DNA of 52,859 nucleotides, the filler included, from Sphacelaria rigidula (Eukaryota): the NCBI GenBank assembly GCA_964200075.2. It is 3 parts of 3 records of this genome, joined end to end, with 100 filler letters (N's around TTAATTAATTAA, not from the genome) between each part and the next. Parts side by side here need not be neighbours in the genome. Positions count along the whole stretch, not along the records: positions 35,308 to 52,859 come from CAXNAA020001047.1; 2 more parts are not named here. One strand, written 5' to 3'. The notes under the pieces were generated by a model. That model did no database searches and had not been told where the DNA came from. It was given only the letters and a program-made list of their open reading frames with translations. Made by a program: the position numbers and the translations under genes. Shown here piece after piece: positions 48,601 through 52,859 of the stretch. Position 1 is the stretch's first letter, and each line of letters opens with the position of its first letter.

Positions 48601-49403
48601 TCCCATGATTGCGGCGTAATAATCGTGTTATTTTTGTGTGTTGTTGTGTTTTATTGGGGGAGCTTCTGCTCGAGACGCGTCTGTTCTTTCGAATATTATA
48701 TATCATCTAGTGCTTTTCAGTAAAAATACCGGTCTATATTATTCGTAGGGACTGGACGATGATTAGAAGAGAACACTGATTTGTCGGGAGTATGTGGGTT
48801 TGTGTATTTGTATATGTGCTGTGTCGTCACATTACGTGATTTTTTTCGTCTGCTTAAGACGCGATGGGAGTACAGTAAATTCAGAAGATGATGTTTTGGG
48901 CGTGGGGGGGCGAAGGGGAGGGGGGAGGGGGCTGGATGAGCATATAGGGGGCTTGGGAAAGAAGCACCGTTCCTCGTACATTCGAAGAAATCGGTCATGT
49001 TTCCGATGTTCACGGTTGAAGAACGTAGGCGACAAGAAAATATATACGCCCGTCCGTCAGTCGTCGGTCATAAAGCAAGAATGACTGGAGTGGTGTGAGG
49101 TAATGGTGATGATGATCCGTTTGTTTATCATTGGTTCCCCGGGTTTTGAAAGCTGCCTGCTGATGTCTCATGGAGGAAAAAAAAAAAGAGAGAGGAAGAA
49201 AAAAAGAAGAGGGGAGCAAAACAAACAGTAGGAGGGACGGGATGAATAAAGGGAAGGGCAAACAAGGAAGGGGAGGACGAGGACGAAGTAGAGGGGGCCA
49301 ATCGGGGAGTGGTTTGGAAGCTAGTTCGGGTATCATTATATCATTAGCCGAAGAGTTATTACGTTTGTCCGGATGGGTTTTGATTGGGCGCTGGCGCTGT
49401 CAG

Positions 49404-49490
49404 GACCAGCAAGCCGTGTACAATTTTTTGAGGGGTGGCATGAGATCCACCGCGGCTGCTGCTGCTGCTGCTGGGACTGACTTGGCCATA
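49404..49490 (+). CDS. Possible further exon (DQQAVYNFLRGGMRSTAAAAAAAGTDLAI)
   Basis: tgtcag| acceptor and |gtaaga donor, open frame. Linkage to the upstream exons is not established. Confidence 0.35.
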
Positions 49491-49851
49491 GTAAGAAGCG
49501 ATTGCGGGGACGAGGGGGATGATTACGTGTGTGTGTGGGGAGCCGAGAGGCAGGGAGAGAATAGGGGAGGGTGGGAGGGTATGAACGAGGAGAATTGGGC
49601 GAAAATGGTGAACGTCGTCAAAAGAGAAAAAAAGTGGTGTAGCTGCAACAACAATCCTTACGTTTGCAAAAACGAGGAATTCGTAGTCGCAACTTCTGCT
49701 GATTATCACAGTAATGAAAAAAAAGTGAAAAATGAAAAGAAGAAAAATCGTTTGTTTCGTTGTATACGTTTTTATTTTCGTCGTCTTATCCCTCTACTTT
49801 TTTCCCACTTTTTTTTCGTGAGTCTACCCTTGATCGATCAACCCTTGTAAT

Positions 49852-51605
49852 CAGGGCTATGCATGTTACACGTTCACGTACGTTCACGGTACGTTCACCA
49901 CATCTGTAGAATCTAACGTTCATGTTACGTTTCGTTTGGCACGTGGAAGAAAGTTGACGATACATGAGCGTCTCATTTGAGAATATAGCAGTCACGCGAC
50001 GCTTCGTTACATTTAACGTAATCTGAAACGTTTCAATGTCACGTTTAACGTCTAATATAGTAGTTGGCGTGTGATTCATCTTGTAATTTGTCATTGGTGA
50101 TTTTCTTCTGCTCTTTCGCTTGCCACCGCTCATCACATTGAGGATCTGAAGATACCCGCATCCGCTCCACATTCCAAGGGAAAAAGTTCATCTCTACTCA
50201 CGTTGAGTGACTAATGGACTGACTGGTCATCAGGGGTGTTGCCACTTTTCAACCCGGATTCTGACTCTTCGGTATTTTCGATCGACCGAGCCTATTCCGA
50301 TCGTATTTGTGGAGAAACTAGAAGCACTGTCTCTATGGAATTTCACCTACTATAGCCGAAAAACTGTGCTTCAGTCAATATACTCTCCAGATAAACGGTG
50401 TATCTACTTGTATCGCCCGATAGCAGCACCAACACTAACTTGGGCAGTGTGTTTTGCGGACGATCTGTTTATTTGACCAAAATCTACTGACGCTGGCACT
50501 TTCGAGTTTTACGAGTATCGAAGAGTAGTACGCGAGAAAATTCCTTAACCCTTTGGGAACGCAAGTGCTGATTCTTGTTTTGTGAATCTTTGTGAATCGG
50601 CATCATTTTGACTTGAANNNNNNNNNGATGCCGATTCACCAAAACAAAAATCAGCACTCCCTGGGGGTCTAGTCCCCAAAGGGTTAAACAACCCATAAGA
50701 CTTCTGATACTGACCACCATATAACGTTTCATCGAGACATTCTACGTTGGAATGTAACGTTTCATTCTGTGCATGTCGCGGCTCATGCACCAGTGTTGAA
50801 GGCTTCGTAACGTGTCATGCAACGCGTGACGTTACCGTGCACGTGACGCTGAGGGTGGCTCGTCGTATGTTTGAGCGAACGCGCATTGTCTGCTTGTATA
50901 ACGTTACTTTCTCTGCAGTGTATCGTTCATTCGTTCTTGACCGTCATATTTTCATATATTCTCTTTCCTATTAATCTTTTTTCCATCAAATTCCAATTTT
51001 CGAGAATGCTTGGTCATTCGCACGACAGCATTCACACACAGCGGATCGTGAACATGATTGAACGCCAGTTATTAGACGTTACACGTGCATTAGACGTTAC
51101 ACGTTACATGAAGCGTTTCGTATCACGTTACACGTTACATGAAGCAGTGCCCGCTTCGACTTTAAAATTAATTTTGAAATCCTGGAAGATTGTGCTTCAA
51201 TAAACACGACTGAATTTGAATGGCCATGCTCTAGGACGTGCTATTTCAACAAGTTCGCGCGCTCCGCGCCACAGCACACATTGCTAGTTATCGTTGCTGC
51301 ACAGCATCATAGCATTATAATCATCTTGATCATACTCATATATCAATAGAAGAGACCGGGTATAACGTACCCGTTCACGTCACGTTCACGTGCAACAAGT
51401 ACATGATGAGATGGATTCGGGGGGGGAATCGGTGGGTCCACAACTAGGGGGTGCCGCAGCCTCCAGCCAATCTCGACTGTTGTAGCTGCACTCGTATTTA
51501 TTCAAGCACAATCTTCTACGATTTCAAATTTCATTGCAAACTTGAAGTGTGCACCGCAACGTGTTCATGGCGTTTCATGTAACGTATAGAGGTAAACGTA
51601 CCAAT
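49852..51605. repeat. ACGT-rich (acgttacacgttcacgt-like) repeat clusters
   Basis: Dense clusters at ~49862-50052, 50722-50905, 51075-51140, 51362-51392 and 51558-51600. Confidence 0.6.
50549..50683. mobile_element. piggyBac-type non-autonomous element, interior interrupted by a gap
   Basis: TTAA|CCCTTTGGG ... CCCAAAGGG|TTAA. Asymmetric subterminal IRs agtgctgattcttgttttg..gtgaatcggcatc and gatgccgattcaccaaaacaaaaatcagcact. Ten N in the middle. Confidence 0.85.
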
Positions 51606-51945
51606 TAAGGTACGCTTAAGGCACCTGACGGGAAAAACTCTGGTTCGTGGACACCACGACACGTAGAAAAATGCTCAGAGCATCCGGAGAGAGGTAATTT
51701 AATATTTCATCACCTAAGCTAATCAAAATTGAAAAATAATCAAACCAAGTCTCAGGAGTAGATGTGGAGTATGGCTCTATTGACGTGAAAAATGGGGCAA
51801 AAACACCCCCTGGTTCAATTACGGCGCACTTTACGCAGCAGCAGTTGATTTCTCGCGACCGTAGACGTCTCAGATCTTCTTTGGTAAAAGTGTTTGTTAG
51901 ATTAGTGCGGTTCGTTTAAAAAAAAAAAGAAGAGAATTTCAATCC

Positions 51946-52830
51946 GGGGATGAAAATCGTCCATCCCCTGTTTTTCGGAACAAATTTCGCCATTAAGTCG
52001 GTGTTTGGCGACGCCGTACTCGACAAAAACTAATGTTTTTTTTTTTCAACCCATCGAAATACGTTTTGATAGTAATTTCCCAAAATTTCGTGCTCATCGG
52101 TTGTGATTAAGGTACTCTATCACGCACGTTGCGTGGTGCCCCTTACTCATTCATTTTTCACCAGAAATCGATAATGACTACGAAAATAGGACACCCGGGA
52201 CGTTTTGGACCTCCTCTTTTGGTACGTACAAATGTGTATGACACTAGTGCAATCCATTTTGCAAAAAAAAAAAATACTGGGATGAAAATGGCCTATCCCC
52301 TAGTTTTCGGAACAAATTTCGCCATTAATTCTGCGTTTGGCAACGCCGTACTCGACGAAAACTTTTTTTTCTTTTACTGCTTCATTAACCCATCGAGATA
52401 CGTTTTGACAGTAATCTCCCAAAATCTGGTGTTCATGCCTTACGATTAAGGTACTATGACGCACGTTGAGTGATGCCCCCAAATCACCAGAAATCGACAA
52501 TGCTGCGAAAATGGAACACCTAGAGCCAGGACGGTCCAGATATTTTCCTCCGGCACAAACATTTACGCATCGCATTGCATCACCATGCCTCACGATGCAT
52601 CACTTTCTGGCACCAAAGAGGGAAAAGAGGCAATTCGGGGAATAAATTGGCCTATCCTCGGATTTTCGGAACAAAGTTGAGCATTCTTCTCCGTGTTTGG
52701 CGACGCCGAACTCGACTAACACGTTCGCAGAGCTCTAAGCTTTCTGTTTGTTCAGAGCTACCCAACCAATTGGGATTAGTTTCGACACAATTGTCGCCAA
52801 AATTTGGTGTTTGACGGATGTGACCGAGTT
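51946..52830. repeat. Degenerate tandem array, ~335-360-bp period, 3 units
   Basis: Units start at ~51946, 52279 and 52637 (gggatgaaaat...ttttcggaacaaatttcgccattaa...gtttggcgacgccgtactcgac). Confidence 0.85.
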
Positions 52831-52859
52831 GCAATGAAACACGTTTGCTGCCCCCCCCC

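Noticed and set aside
49170-49850. 226-aa ORF as a single-exon gene
   Set aside because: It is mostly purine-rich low-complexity, intron-like sequence; only 49404-49490 looks like an exon.

Overview
Eukaryotic, intron-rich, repeat-dense DNA. Its style (long introns, GC-rich low-complexity exons) suggests a brown alga such as an Ectocarpales species; this is inference. The window is not one locus. It is three contigs of 17,554, 17,553 and 17,552 bp joined by artificial 100-bp linkers (N44-TTAATTAATTAA-N44), apparently sorted by length. Contig 1 (1-17554) holds a partly disrupted multi-exon minus-strand gene, a ~260-bp hairpin, and a heavily decayed plus-strand multi-exon KDZ/Zisupton-like transposase with a probable Ulp1-like protease tail. 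Contig 2 (17655-35207) holds a decayed APE-RT LINE and an 11-exon pseudogenised P-element-superfamily-like transposase. That protein has N-terminal C2H2 fingers and no THAP motif I can recognise, plus a large C-terminal Cys/His module. Contig 3 (35308-52859) holds an apparently intact spliced gene for a polyglutamine-rich, low-complexity protein. Two tRNA-headed SINE families and several MITE families (Mutator-, piggyBac-, hAT- and TA-type, plus an ACACTTT-ended family) are scattered throughout, many inside predicted introns. All family assignments come from manual motif reading; no database search was run.
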